Below are positions 19,507 to 29,070 of a stretch of DNA of 64,000 nucleotides, in pieces. The notes below the pieces were generated by a model. It was not told the origin of the DNA and ran no database searches. It saw nothing but the letters and a program-made list of their open reading frames with translations. The position numbers and the translations under genes were made by a program. The DNA is taken from the NCBI GenBank assembly GCA_900543695.1, contig UQSG01000011.1:2461-66460 (forward strand). The letters are read 5' to 3'. This stretch comes from an uncultured Clostridium sp. Lineage in GTDB: Bacteria; Bacillota; Clostridia; UBA1212; UBA1255. Numbering within the stretch: the stretch's first letter is position 1; each line of letters opens with the position of its first letter.

Positions 19507-20136
19507 ATGACAGAGCAGCATTTTACGGAATTATGTCAGTATGAAAGGCAGCTGGCGGGAGAAGGTGTCCGGCTGATTGCCGGAATCGACGAGGCTGGCA
19601 GAGGGCCTCTGGCCGGTCCGGTGGCGGCGGCCTGCGTTATCTTCCCGGCGCGGGGACCGTTCGTACGCGGCGCGGATGATTCCAAGAAGCTCAGCGAAAA
19701 ACGGCGGGAGGCACTGTACGAAGAGATCAGGGCGTCCTGTATTTCTTACGGCGTGAGTATGGTCGGAAACGATCGGATTGATGAAATCAATATTTTGCAG
19801 GCAACGTATGAGGCAATGCGGGAGGCGCTCCGAATCGCGATCGCCGCTGCCGGTGAAGCTCCGGAACGGCTTCTGGTCGATCACGTTCGGATCCCGCAAG
19901 TAGAGCTTCCACAGGTATCTATTACGCACGGCGATGCGAAAAGTATCACGATCGCTTGCGCTTCAATATTAGCGAAAGTGGAGCGGGACAGATTGATGCG
20001 GCAATATGACGCCAAATATCCGGAATATGGTTTTGCAAAACATAAAGGGTACGGAACGGCGCCGCACTATGATGCAATTAACAGATACGGTCCCTGCGCT
20101 CTGCACAGGCGCACGTTCCTGAAAGGAAGAGGCTGA
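19507..20136 (+). CDS. rnhB: Ribonuclease HII
   Basis: GIDEAGRGPLAGPVAAACVI motif with the catalytic DEAGRG; 209 aa. Confidence 0.9.
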   Translation: MTEQHFTELCQYERQLAGEGVRLIAGIDEAGRGPLAGPVAAACVIFPARGPFVRGADDSKKLSEKRREALYEEIRASCISYGVSMVGNDRIDEINILQATYEAMREALRIAIAAAGEAPERLLVDHVRIPQVELPQVSITHGDAKSITIACASILAKVERDRLMRQYDAKYPEYGFAKHKGYGTAPHYDAINRYGPCALHRRTFLKGRG

Positions 20137-20139
20137 ACG

Positions 20140-20745
20140 ATGAAAGTGAAAAATGCAAAATTTGTGATCTCGGCTGTATCTCCGCAGCAGTATCCCGAAG
20201 GGAATTTATTGGAAATCGCGTTTGCCGGGCGCTCTAATGTCGGTAAGTCCTCGCTGATCAACGCCCTGCTTGGCAGAAAAAATCTGGCATACAGCGGTTC
20301 TCGCCAGGGGATGACGCGGCAGATCAATTATTATAATCTGGATGATGAGCTGCATTTTGTAGATCTGCCCGGCTACGGCTATGCGGCCGTTTCGAAAGGC
20401 GAAAAGAATCTGTGGGCGAAGGTCATCGAGGAATATCTCAACGTTCGGCCGCAGCTTTATCTCGTATTGCTGCTGCTGGATATCCGTCATAAACCGTCCA
20501 AGGACGACGAAAACATGTATCGATGGATTTTGGCCTCCGGCCTTGCGTATCTGATTGTGGCTACAAAATCAGACAAAATCAGCAGACAGCAGCTCCAGCA
20601 CAATACCGCGCTGATAAGATCCACTTTACAAATACCACCAAATAAGGATATTATATGCGTATCGGCCGAAAAACGGACCGGGATCGAAGCGCTTTGGGAT
20701 GCGATCGACGGATACATAACGGAAGAGGAGGAAGCAACAAAATGA
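20140..20745 (+). CDS. engB: Ribosome biogenesis GTP-binding protein YsxC/EngB
   Basis: GRSNVGKSSLINALLGRK G1 motif, DLPGYGYA G3 motif. About 200 aa, the typical EngB size. Confidence 0.85.
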   Translation: MKVKNAKFVISAVSPQQYPEGNLLEIAFAGRSNVGKSSLINALLGRKNLAYSGSRQGMTRQINYYNLDDELHFVDLPGYGYAAVSKGEKNLWAKVIEEYLNVRPQLYLVLLLLDIRHKPSKDDENMYRWILASGLAYLIVATKSDKISRQQLQHNTALIRSTLQIPPNKDIICVSAEKRTGIEALWDAIDGYITEEEEATK

Positions 20746-22001
20746 AAGAAGCATTTATAACGAAGGAGCAGGCAGAAGAAATCAGCAGGAAATATCCTAC
20801 GCCGTTTTATATATACAGCGAAGCCGGGATTCGCAGCGCGGTGCGCGGCCTTAAACAGGCTTTTTCCTGGAATCCGGGATTCCGGGAGTATTTTGCGGTC
20901 AAGGCGTGCCCGAATCCATTTCTGATTAAGATTCTACAGGAAGAGGGCTGCGGGACGGACTGCTCCTCTTATACGGAGCTGATGCTTTCGGAAAGCCTGG
21001 GCTTTCACGGACAGGACATCATGTTTTCCTCCAATGCGACGCCGGCCGCGGACTTTGAATATGCGCGGAGGCTGGATGCGATTATTAATCTCGATGATTT
21101 TACCCATATTGATTTTCTGGCGCAGCACGGCGGAATCCCCGAGGAAATTTGTCTCCGGTATAACCCGGGCGGTAAATTCGCTGTAGGGAACCGCTTTATG
21201 GGAAATCCCGGAGATGCCAAATACGGCATGACGCCGGAGCAGATGGTCGACGGGATCCGGAAGCTGATGAAAATGGGAGCAAAGCGCTTCGGAATTCATG
21301 CGTTCCTGGCAAGCAACATGATTGATAAGGATTATTATCCGGCTCTTGCTGCGGTGCTCTTTAAAGAGGCGGTTCGTCTCCAGAAGGAGACTGGAGCCGT
21401 ATTCAGCTTTGTGAATTTATCAGGAGGAATCGGGATTCCGTATCTTCCGGACGAGCAGCCGGCGGACATCGATTATATTGGCAGACATGTGGAGCAGGCG
21501 TACCGCGAGATTATTGTTCCTTCTCCCATCGGCTCGCTGGATATTAAAACGGAACTGGGAAGGTATATCACGGGGCCCTACGGAATACTGGTCACGCGCG
21601 TCCTGCATGAGAAAAATACATACAAGCATTATCTCGGGACGGACGCGTGCGCGGCGAATCTTATGCGCCCTGCGATGTACGGAGCCTATCACCATATCGT
21701 TGTGCTGGGAAAAGAACACGAGCCCTGCGTAAAAACATATGACGTTACGGGCGGCTTGTGTGAAAACAACGATAAATTTGCGATAGACAGACGCCTGCCG
21801 GAAACGGTGCCGGGCGATTTGCTGGCCATTCTTGATGCCGGTGCGCACGGCTTTGCGATGGGCTACAATTATAACGGCAAGCTGCGGAGCGCGGAGCTGC
21901 TCCTGAAAGAGGATGGTTCCGTACAAATGATTCGCAGAGCGGAAACGCCGAAGGATTATTTCGCCACATTCGATTTTTCGGATATTATAAAAGTTGATTG
22001 A
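20742..22001 (+). CDS. lysA: PLP-dependent decarboxylase of the Orn/DAP/Arg decarboxylase (fold III) family, diaminopimelate decarboxylase-like
   Basis: ATG at 20742, overlapping the engB stop, with a GGAGGAAG RBS. Alanine-racemase-like N-terminal TIM-barrel motifs (YFAVKACPNP, GCGTDCSSYTE) and a C-terminal beta domain (DVTGGLCENNDKF, ILDAGAHGFAMGYNYNG). Confidence 0.65.
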   Translation: MKEAFITKEQAEEISRKYPTPFYIYSEAGIRSAVRGLKQAFSWNPGFREYFAVKACPNPFLIKILQEEGCGTDCSSYTELMLSESLGFHGQDIMFSSNATPAADFEYARRLDAIINLDDFTHIDFLAQHGGIPEEICLRYNPGGKFAVGNRFMGNPGDAKYGMTPEQMVDGIRKLMKMGAKRFGIHAFLASNMIDKDYYPALAAVLFKEAVRLQKETGAVFSFVNLSGGIGIPYLPDEQPADIDYIGRHVEQAYREIIVPSPIGSLDIKTELGRYITGPYGILVTRVLHEKNTYKHYLGTDACAANLMRPAMYGAYHHIVVLGKEHEPCVKTYDVTGGLCENNDKFAIDRRLPETVPGDLLAILDAGAHGFAMGYNYNGKLRSAELLLKEDGSVQMIRRAETPKDYFATFDFSDIIKVD

Positions 22002-22024
22002 CAAATGGCAAGGGAGTATAAAAT

Positions 22025-22588
22025 ATGGAACATTCTTCAAAAATCCAGGAAATTGCGTCCCGCGTCAAGGAGCTTCGGGAAGTGTCGGAGCTCAGTGCGG
22101 AAGCCGTTGCCGGACAGCTCGGGATCTCATTAGAAACGTATTTATCTTATGAAAATGCGGAAGCGGACTTTCCCGTAAGCGTCCTATACGAGCTCGCGGC
22201 GCTTCTGCGCGTAGACCTGACAGAGCTTCTGACGGGCGTGCCGCCGCGGCTGGCGAATTGTTCTCTCGTCCGCCGGGGCGAAGGCATTGCGGTAGACCGG
22301 TACGTCGGCTACGATTTCGAAAGCATCGCGTACAAATTCATCGGGCGCAAGATAGAGCCCATGATCGTGACGGTGGCGGCGAAAACGGAAACCGAGCCGC
22401 CCGCTCTTGTCAGCCATACCGGCCAGGAATTTAACTACGTGCTGGAGGGACGTGTTAAAGTCATTTTCGGAAAACGGGAATTTCTTTTAAACGAGGGAGA
22501 CTGCTTATATTTCGATCCGGTTACGCCGCACGCGCAGACGGCCGTCGGCGGAAAAGACGCAAAATTCCTGACAGTCATCTTATTATAA
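22025..22588 (+). CDS. XRE-family transcriptional regulator with a C-terminal cupin domain
   Basis: N-terminal HTH (IASRVKELREVSELSAEAVAGQLGISLETYLSYENAEADFPVSVLYELAALL). The C-terminus has cupin-type beta-strand motifs (GDCLYFDPVTPH). Confidence 0.8.
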   Translation: MEHSSKIQEIASRVKELREVSELSAEAVAGQLGISLETYLSYENAEADFPVSVLYELAALLRVDLTELLTGVPPRLANCSLVRRGEGIAVDRYVGYDFESIAYKFIGRKIEPMIVTVAAKTETEPPALVSHTGQEFNYVLEGRVKVIFGKREFLLNEGDCLYFDPVTPHAQTAVGGKDAKFLTVILL

Positions 22589-22606
22589 TACCGGAGGTTC
22601 AGGCAA

Positions 22607-24286
22607 ATGGATTATATGCTAAAAAAATATCTTCCGCGGATCCGCTTCGATTCGTATGAGGATTTTAAAACAAACTATCGGGTGAACGTGCCTGCGGATT
22701 TCAATTTTGGTTTCGATGTCGTAGACGGCTGGGCTCAAGAAGAGCCCGAAAAAAAAGCGCTTGTCTGGTGCAACGATAGCGGAGAGGAGCGTATTTTTAC
22801 GTTTCAGGAGATCAGTCGGATCAGCAACCAGATGTGTAATTATTTTCGCTCCATCGGAATCCGGAAGGGCGACCGCATCCTGCTCATTCTAAAAAGACGG
22901 TACGAATACTGGATCACGGTTACTGCGCTCCATAAAATCGGGGCGGTTGTGATTCCCGCTACGTTTCAGCTGACGGAAAAGGATCTGATTTACCGGATCA
23001 ATGCGGCTTCCGTGAAAATGATTCTTTGCGCGCAGGATGAAAACATTATTTCTCATGTGGAAAATTCAGAGCAGCAATGTCCGTCGCTCCAGTATAAAGC
23101 GCTGATTGAGGAGCCCGGCGCGGGGCGGGCGGGATGGATCAATTATACGGATGCCTATTCTTGCCAGAGCGACGTATTTACGCGACCGGAGGGAAAGGAC
23201 GCCGTAAACGCAGACGACCTGATGCTGATTTATTTTACGAGCGGGACGACGGGGATGCCCAAAATGGTGCAGCACGTGCAGTCCTATCCGCTTGGTCATA
23301 TCGTCACGGCGAAATATTGGCAGCAGGTAGAAGAAAATGGTCTGCATCTGACCGTCGCGGATTCCGGCTGGGCTAAGTTTTCGTGGGGAAAAATTTACGG
23401 TCAGTGGATTTCCGGCTCTGCGGTACTGGGCTATGATATGGATCGGTTTGATCCGCACAAGCTGCTGAGCGTGATGGAAAAATACAAAATCACAACCTTT
23501 TGTGCGCCGGCCACAATGTACCGCTTCATGATTAAGGAGGATGTGACGAAATATGATTTGTCCTCCATTCACCATTGCTGCATGGCGGGCGAGCCGCTGA
23601 ATCCCGTCGTATTCGAGCAATGGGAGCGGCTTACGGGGCATAAGCTGTATGAAGGCTTCGGTCAAACGGAGGGGCCGGTGCTGCTTGCAAACTTTGAGTG
23701 GCTTTCTCCGAAGCCCGGCTCTACGGGCAAGCCGTCTCCGCTGTTTGATATCCATATCGTGAACGAGGCGGGGAAGGAATGTGAGATTGGAGAGGAAGGG
23801 GAAATCGTGATCCGCGGCGCGCAAAAGAACCGTCCTGCGGGCCTGACGATCGGTTATCTCGGGGATGAAGGAGCAAATGAAAAGCTTTTTGCCGGCGGCG
23901 ACTTTCATACGGGGGACAACGCGTGGTACGATGAAGATGGTTATATCTGGTTTATTGGCCGCGTGGACGACGTCATTAAGTGCTCCGGGTATCGAATCGG
24001 GCCGTTTGAGGTAGAAAGCGCTTTGATGACACATCCTTCCGTTTTGGAGTGTGCGATCACCGCGGCGCCGGATCCGATCCGCGGACAGGTGGTAAAAGCG
24101 ACGATCGTTCTTGCCAGAGGCTATGAGCCGACAGAGGAGCTGAAGAAAGAATTGCAGAATCATGTGAAACGGGTTACGGCTCCGTATAAATACCCGCGGA
24201 TCGTGGAATTCGTAGAAGAGCTTCCGAAAACCACAAGCGGCAAAATCCGGCGGGCCGCGCTGCGGGAGCACGATCAGAAGAGCTAA
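22607..24286 (+). CDS. AMP-dependent synthetase/ligase (acyl-CoA synthetase, medium-chain/acetate-type)
   Basis: AMP-binding motif IYFTSGTTGMPKMVQH; hinge/A8 region GDNAWYDEDGYIWFIGRVDDVIKCSGYRIGPFEVE; C-terminal lysine motif PKTTSGKIRR. Confidence 0.85.
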   Translation: MDYMLKKYLPRIRFDSYEDFKTNYRVNVPADFNFGFDVVDGWAQEEPEKKALVWCNDSGEERIFTFQEISRISNQMCNYFRSIGIRKGDRILLILKRRYEYWITVTALHKIGAVVIPATFQLTEKDLIYRINAASVKMILCAQDENIISHVENSEQQCPSLQYKALIEEPGAGRAGWINYTDAYSCQSDVFTRPEGKDAVNADDLMLIYFTSGTTGMPKMVQHVQSYPLGHIVTAKYWQQVEENGLHLTVADSGWAKFSWGKIYGQWISGSAVLGYDMDRFDPHKLLSVMEKYKITTFCAPATMYRFMIKEDVTKYDLSSIHHCCMAGEPLNPVVFEQWERLTGHKLYEGFGQTEGPVLLANFEWLSPKPGSTGKPSPLFDIHIVNEAGKECEIGEEGEIVIRGAQKNRPAGLTIGYLGDEGANEKLFAGGDFHTGDNAWYDEDGYIWFIGRVDDVIKCSGYRIGPFEVESALMTHPSVLECAITAAPDPIRGQVVKATIVLARGYEPTEELKKELQNHVKRVTAPYKYPRIVEFVEELPKTTSGKIRRAALREHDQKS

Positions 24287-24309
24287 ACGGATAAAGGAGG
24301 CGGCATACC

Positions 24310-25554
24310 ATGAATTGCGTCAGAATAGGAATCGTAGGACTTGGCAATATGGGGACGCTGACCGCAAATTTTATCCATGCCGGTGAAATCGAAAATTGTG
24401 TGATCGGCGCGGTCTGTGATATTTGCGAGGAACGGCTGCTGTATGCGAAAACGCATTATGCGGAAGTTCCAGCAGCTTGTATCTATACCGATTATTTGAA
24501 AATGCTTGAAACGGCTCCCCTCGACGCGGTATATATCGCCGTACCGCATTACCTGCATCCGGAGGTTGCGATCGCCGCTTTCGCAAAAGGGCTGCATGTA
24601 ATTACTGAAAAACCGGAAGCCGTATACACGGAGGCGGCGCGCCGAATGAATGAAGCATATGATGCGGCAGCCGCGCGCCGTCCGGAGCTTCGGTATGCAA
24701 TCATGTACAATCAGCGTACGAATCCATACTATCAACGGATTCGCGAAATTTCTTCATCCGGCCGGCTGGGCGTTTTGCGTCGGGTGATATGGAACATCAC
24801 GAACTGGTACAGAACGCAGGCCTATTATGACTCTTCCGATTGGCGCGCCACCTGGGAGGGGGAAGGCGCCGGCGTGCTTCTGAATCAGAGCGTACATAAT
24901 CTGGATCTGTGGCAGTGGATGCTGGGAATGCCGCGCCGGATCCGGGCGTTTGCGTATGAGGGAAAATACCATGACATTCAGGTCGAGGATGACGTTACGA
25001 TTTATGCAGAATATGCCTGCGGCGCTACAGGCGTGTTTATGACCTCCACCGGCGAGTATCCGGGCGCAAACCGCCTTGAGATTCAATACGACGCCGGTAA
25101 AATTATCTATGAAGGCGGTCTTCTGCGAATCTGGAGCCTGTCGGAGAGCGCACGGTCGTTTTCAGATCGTACGGAGCAGCCTTTCAGCGCTCCGGAGATT
25201 TCGTATGAGGAGGCTGAGGTTCCCGGAACGGAAACGGCGCATCGCGGCATCATGACGAATTTTGTAAATTCGATTTTACGGGGCGAGCCTTTGATCGCTT
25301 CTGGAAAGGAAGGAATTTACGCCCTTTCCCTCTGCAACGCGGCGCTGCTTTCTTCGTGGAAGGACGACTGGGTTTCGTTTGCGGCAGAGACAGACTGCAC
25401 GGATCCGCTGCTTTCGTATGAAAAGGAATACAAAGCACGGCTGGATCGTAAAATTTCCGATACGGCCGGAAAAAGGCGCGGATCGGAAAAGAAACGCACG
25501 GTTTTTTTGGATTTGGCAGAAAATGCTTCCGGCGGCAGTCTGGGCAGCCGATAA
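24310..25554 (+). CDS. Gfo/Idh/MocA-family NAD(P)-dependent oxidoreductase
   Basis: N-terminal Rossmann IGIVGLGNMG. The EKP motif (HVITEKPEA) typical of the family. 414 aa. Confidence 0.8.
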   Translation: MNCVRIGIVGLGNMGTLTANFIHAGEIENCVIGAVCDICEERLLYAKTHYAEVPAACIYTDYLKMLETAPLDAVYIAVPHYLHPEVAIAAFAKGLHVITEKPEAVYTEAARRMNEAYDAAAARRPELRYAIMYNQRTNPYYQRIREISSSGRLGVLRRVIWNITNWYRTQAYYDSSDWRATWEGEGAGVLLNQSVHNLDLWQWMLGMPRRIRAFAYEGKYHDIQVEDDVTIYAEYACGATGVFMTSTGEYPGANRLEIQYDAGKIIYEGGLLRIWSLSESARSFSDRTEQPFSAPEISYEEAEVPGTETAHRGIMTNFVNSILRGEPLIASGKEGIYALSLCNAALLSSWKDDWVSFAAETDCTDPLLSYEKEYKARLDRKISDTAGKRRGSEKKRTVFLDLAENASGGSLGSR

Positions 25555-25584
25555 TCTTTGACAGTGACGGAGGAATTCAAAAGA

Positions 25585-27051
25585 ATGGCAGTCTTGGTAA
25601 TCGAAATCAGCACGTCTTCTGTAAAGGTAATGGCGGTAAACGCGGCGTTCCGCGTTTTGTCCGAGCATTCCGAACGCATCCGTTCCGGAGACGGAGGCAT
25701 TCAGCAGCCGGATGAAATCTGCGATACGGCGTTTGCGCTTGCGCGGAAAACGGCAGAGCATTGTATGCAGCAGAATCCGCAGGCTGAGATAAAAGCGGTC
25801 GGAATCGTTTCAACCTGGCACAGCTCTCTGGTTGCGGATTCGGACGGAAGGGCAAAAACTCCTGCGTATCTGTGGACGTACCGCGAACCCGGGCCGGTCG
25901 CGTCTTCTTACAAAAAGGAGCGTCCGGAGCGGGCTTTGGCTTACTATCGGAAGACAGGCTGCCTTGTGAACGGCTCTTACGTATCGTTTCGGATGAAATA
26001 TTTAACTGAAAATGGCCTTCGCTTTGAAAACGGGGACCGTCTTATCGATCAGGGGACGTATTTGTTTCATAAATTGACAGGGGCTTTTCTTGAAAGCCGC
26101 TCCATGGCCTCCGGAACGGGATTGCTGTCCTTGCGCGCTCTGGATTGGGATCCGGAGCTTGCATCGGAAATGGGCGTCCCCCTGGCGGCGCTGCCCGAGC
26201 TTTGTGAGTATGACCGCTGCCTGCCGCTTTGCTCCGGCGCCGCGGCATTGCTTGGCCTCACACAGGGCATCCCTGTCGTAACGGCGCATCCGGACGGAGC
26301 AATGAACCAGGTTGGCGACGATGCGCTCGAGGAGGGCATCATGACGCTTTCCGCAGGTACGAGCGCCGCGCTTCGTATGGTATCCGATCGGGCTGCCGTA
26401 CCGGACACGCCGTCGCTTTGGTGTTATTATGCGCCGGGCCGCTATCTCACCGGAGCGGCGACGGCCGGCTGCTCCAATTGTATTGACTGGTTTGCAGATC
26501 AGGTCTGCGGGAATCAGTATACATATTCTGCGCTTGACGAATTGGCGGAGAAAGCGCGGAGCAAGGAACGGAAAACGAAAGATCTGCCGGTATTTCTTCC
26601 TTTTTTATTTGGGGAGCGCGCGCCGGGCTGGAGTGAATATCGGCAGGGAGGCTTCCTGGCTTTAAGCGGACAGCATGATACGGGAGCGATGTACCGCGCC
26701 GTTTTGGAGGGAATCTGTTTTAATATCCGGCAATGCTATGAAGCGCTTTGCCGGGTAAACCGGACGCCGGCTCGGATTCATGTTTCCGGCGGGATTCTTC
26801 GTTCCGCAATCTGGTCCCGGATTCTTGCGGACGTTTTACAGAAAGAGCTTTCGCTTTCCCCGATTCAAAACGCGTCCTCACTGGGCGGTGCAAAGCTGGC
26901 GCTGTTTGCCGCAGGAGAAATTCCGGGAATTGACTGTAAGGCCGGCGGCATCCGGGAAACGCTATCTCCGAATCGGGAAGCGGCGGCATATTATGACCGT
27001 CTGTATGAGGAATATTGCAGATGGTACCGTCAGACTGAGCCTGAATCATAA
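25585..27051 (+). CDS. FGGY-family carbohydrate kinase (gluconokinase/xylulokinase-like)
   Basis: ATG after a GGAGG RBS. N-terminal sugar-kinase phosphate-1 region (LVIEISTSSVKVMAVN), then FGGY N- and C-domains (GGILRSAIWSRILADVLQ). Confidence 0.75.
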   Translation: MAVLVIEISTSSVKVMAVNAAFRVLSEHSERIRSGDGGIQQPDEICDTAFALARKTAEHCMQQNPQAEIKAVGIVSTWHSSLVADSDGRAKTPAYLWTYREPGPVASSYKKERPERALAYYRKTGCLVNGSYVSFRMKYLTENGLRFENGDRLIDQGTYLFHKLTGAFLESRSMASGTGLLSLRALDWDPELASEMGVPLAALPELCEYDRCLPLCSGAAALLGLTQGIPVVTAHPDGAMNQVGDDALEEGIMTLSAGTSAALRMVSDRAAVPDTPSLWCYYAPGRYLTGAATAGCSNCIDWFADQVCGNQYTYSALDELAEKARSKERKTKDLPVFLPFLFGERAPGWSEYRQGGFLALSGQHDTGAMYRAVLEGICFNIRQCYEALCRVNRTPARIHVSGGILRSAIWSRILADVLQKELSLSPIQNASSLGGAKLALFAAGEIPGIDCKAGGIRETLSPNREAAAYYDRLYEEYCRWYRQTEPES

Positions 27052-27075
27052 TTTCAGGCTTTTTTCAAATTTAGA

Positions 27076-27106
27076 GCGGGGCATCATGATCTGATGCCCG
27101 CATTTT
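27076..27106 (+). terminator. Rho-independent terminator after the FGGY kinase gene. A second hairpin with a T-run on the opposite strand (about 27120-27180) serves the convergent gene.
   Basis: GCGGGGCATCA-TGATC-TGATGCCCGC followed by ATTTTG. Downstream, GGAAATCC...GGATTTCC and GCCATCCTTGCGGC next to T9 read as a terminator on the minus strand. Confidence 0.55.
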
Positions 27107-27202
27107 GTGCATTTTAAACGGAAATCCGCGCCGACACGCAGGATTTCCCATTGATTGCCGCCGCAAGGATGGCTTTTTTTTGTTGTGATAATCTGACCGA
27201 TT

Positions 27203-28861
27203 TTAAAGTCCGTCATAATTTTCCCCTGCCAGCATGCGGTTGATTTTTTCTCTTAAACGGATGAGATACGTATGATCTGCGTTGAACTTATCAAAACGGA
27301 GCTCCTCCAGCCCTAAGGCGATCACAACGGCTTCCCGCGGATTTACAGAGGATTTCTGCATTTTTTCCGCAAGCGCTTCCAGTGCTCTCAGATCCTGCAG
27401 CGCTTCTCGGAAGACTTCCAGACGCAGTGACGGCAGCGCGTTTCCGTCTTTTCCGGGATAAACCACATAGGGATCGCCTCCGGGGACCCAGCCTCCTGCC
27501 GTGGAGGTCGCGTACGGATCAACGGTCTCCAGAGAAAGATGAGAGTTATAGAAATTGAAGCCCCATTGCAAAAATCCCTCTATATTGTATTTAAACAGCA
27601 TTGCGCCGAGCATTCTGTTCCGTCCGGAGGGATATGCCAGGAACCGGTTTGAGGATGTAATCTGGCCGCAGCAATAATATCCCCACAGATGCTCCGGCTT
27701 TTCGTCTATAAAGGGATGAATATGGTCAATCGCGACGACGGGGCAGGTAATCAGCCCGTTTTTGTAAAACGCAATATCGCTGAGCGCGTCAAAAAGCCGC
27801 TCTGGCGCGATATAGCGGCGCATAAATTCAGCGCATTTTTTATAATCCTCCATCATTTCACCGGAGGGCTCGTCAGAAACGTGGAAATAACAGCTGTCAA
27901 ATACGCCGTGCGCTTTGAGCTCGGCAATCAGTGCAGGCAGAAACTGCTCCAGAAATCCCAGATATTCTATGCCATGTCCATCGGTCTCCCAACCAAAGAT
28001 TCTTTTATATTCACCGTTTTCCAGGCCCATTACTTTCGGCGCATATTTGCATCCCCACTGCGTGAAAAGATGCGAAATCTCGAGATATTTAATTCCCGCA
28101 CGCCGGCACATGGAGATCCATCTGGAAAGCTTTTCAAAGCCAAACGTATACCGATCTCCGTCTTTGCGGACATCGACCAGCTGGATTGTGCGGCGCTCGC
28201 CGCCCGGCGCTGTATCGAGGGGCGGAGTAAATACGGGTGTTAAAAGCATGTTGACGCCGTATTCCGCGGCTGTTTTTGCAAAATTTTCTGTTATACGCCA
28301 GTATTCTTCGCTGTCGAATGCTGCTCCGTAATAATTGCAGAGACAGTCGGTATGAAACCAGTTCGTCATCCGCAGCTTTTGCGGAGGCAGCATGGCGTCA
28401 AGCACGTCGAGGCGGAATGTTTTTGTATAGACGGCATCGCTTGTGATTTTAACGGTCAGCTCGTAATTTCCCGGCCGCAGCGCATGCTTGGCGGCGTCGA
28501 TTCTGATAAAAACGCTTCGCCAGGAATTTTTATATACCCAATGAATCGGCGGCAGCGCACGCAAAATATCGGGGAAAAGGCCGGGCGCAGGATGCTCGCA
28601 CTGCTTCAGCGTGGCTTCATACATCGGAAAGTCACACGGGACGAAATCGATTGCCTGAAGCGCAAGACACGGTCTAAGCTCCTCCGGAGCTTCCAGCTCG
28701 ATTCGGACGGTGCTCTGCCAGGCATGATCGACCCGAAATGCTGCCTGAAAGGAAAAAACCTCGTTTCTCAGCATGCAGCCGGTATCCTGACGATCTCTCA
28801 GGTCCAGGTTCTGATCTGGGTAGACTTTTGCCAGCGAACTCAGCAGTTCTATTTGTACCAT
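27203..28861 (-). CDS. DUF4091-domain protein (putative GH123-like glycoside hydrolase)
   Basis: 552-aa cytoplasmic protein starting MVQIELLSSLAKVYPDQ. Its size and overall pattern fit the DUF4091/GH123 catalytic-domain family. Recalled, not verified by search. Confidence 0.4.
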   Translation of the reverse strand: MVQIELLSSLAKVYPDQNLDLRDRQDTGCMLRNEVFSFQAAFRVDHAWQSTVRIELEAPEELRPCLALQAIDFVPCDFPMYEATLKQCEHPAPGLFPDILRALPPIHWVYKNSWRSVFIRIDAAKHALRPGNYELTVKITSDAVYTKTFRLDVLDAMLPPQKLRMTNWFHTDCLCNYYGAAFDSEEYWRITENFAKTAAEYGVNMLLTPVFTPPLDTAPGGERRTIQLVDVRKDGDRYTFGFEKLSRWISMCRRAGIKYLEISHLFTQWGCKYAPKVMGLENGEYKRIFGWETDGHGIEYLGFLEQFLPALIAELKAHGVFDSCYFHVSDEPSGEMMEDYKKCAEFMRRYIAPERLFDALSDIAFYKNGLITCPVVAIDHIHPFIDEKPEHLWGYYCCGQITSSNRFLAYPSGRNRMLGAMLFKYNIEGFLQWGFNFYNSHLSLETVDPYATSTAGGWVPGGDPYVVYPGKDGNALPSLRLEVFREALQDLRALEALAEKMQKSSVNPREAVVIALGLEELRFDKFNADHTYLIRLREKINRMLAGENYDGL

Positions 28862-29070
28862 AAAACAAATCCTCCATCACGATAAATCATTATTGTACCG
28901 ATTATAAAACAATATTTCCTTGATTGCAAATCGCACGCAAAAGTTTTTCCCTGAGCCCTGGGGCGTAAGGGAAAAAAGAAGAATTGGCATGGGGACAAAA
29001 AATTTAATGAAATTCCATATGGATTATGGTAAAATAAACCGATCATAAATCAGAAAGGACAGAAGACGAA

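Noticed and set aside
28862-29070. Possible SRP RNA (ffs/scr) upstream of ybaB-recR, by analogy with the Bacillus scr-dnaX-ybaB-recR arrangement
   Set aside because: The 209-nt intergenic region is AT-rich and lacks the conserved SRP domain-IV motif (GGUGCUGUUUACCAGGUCAGGUCCGGAAGGAAGCAGCC-like). Only the TTTTTCCCT...AGGGAAAAA palindrome is present. dnaX is also absent here.
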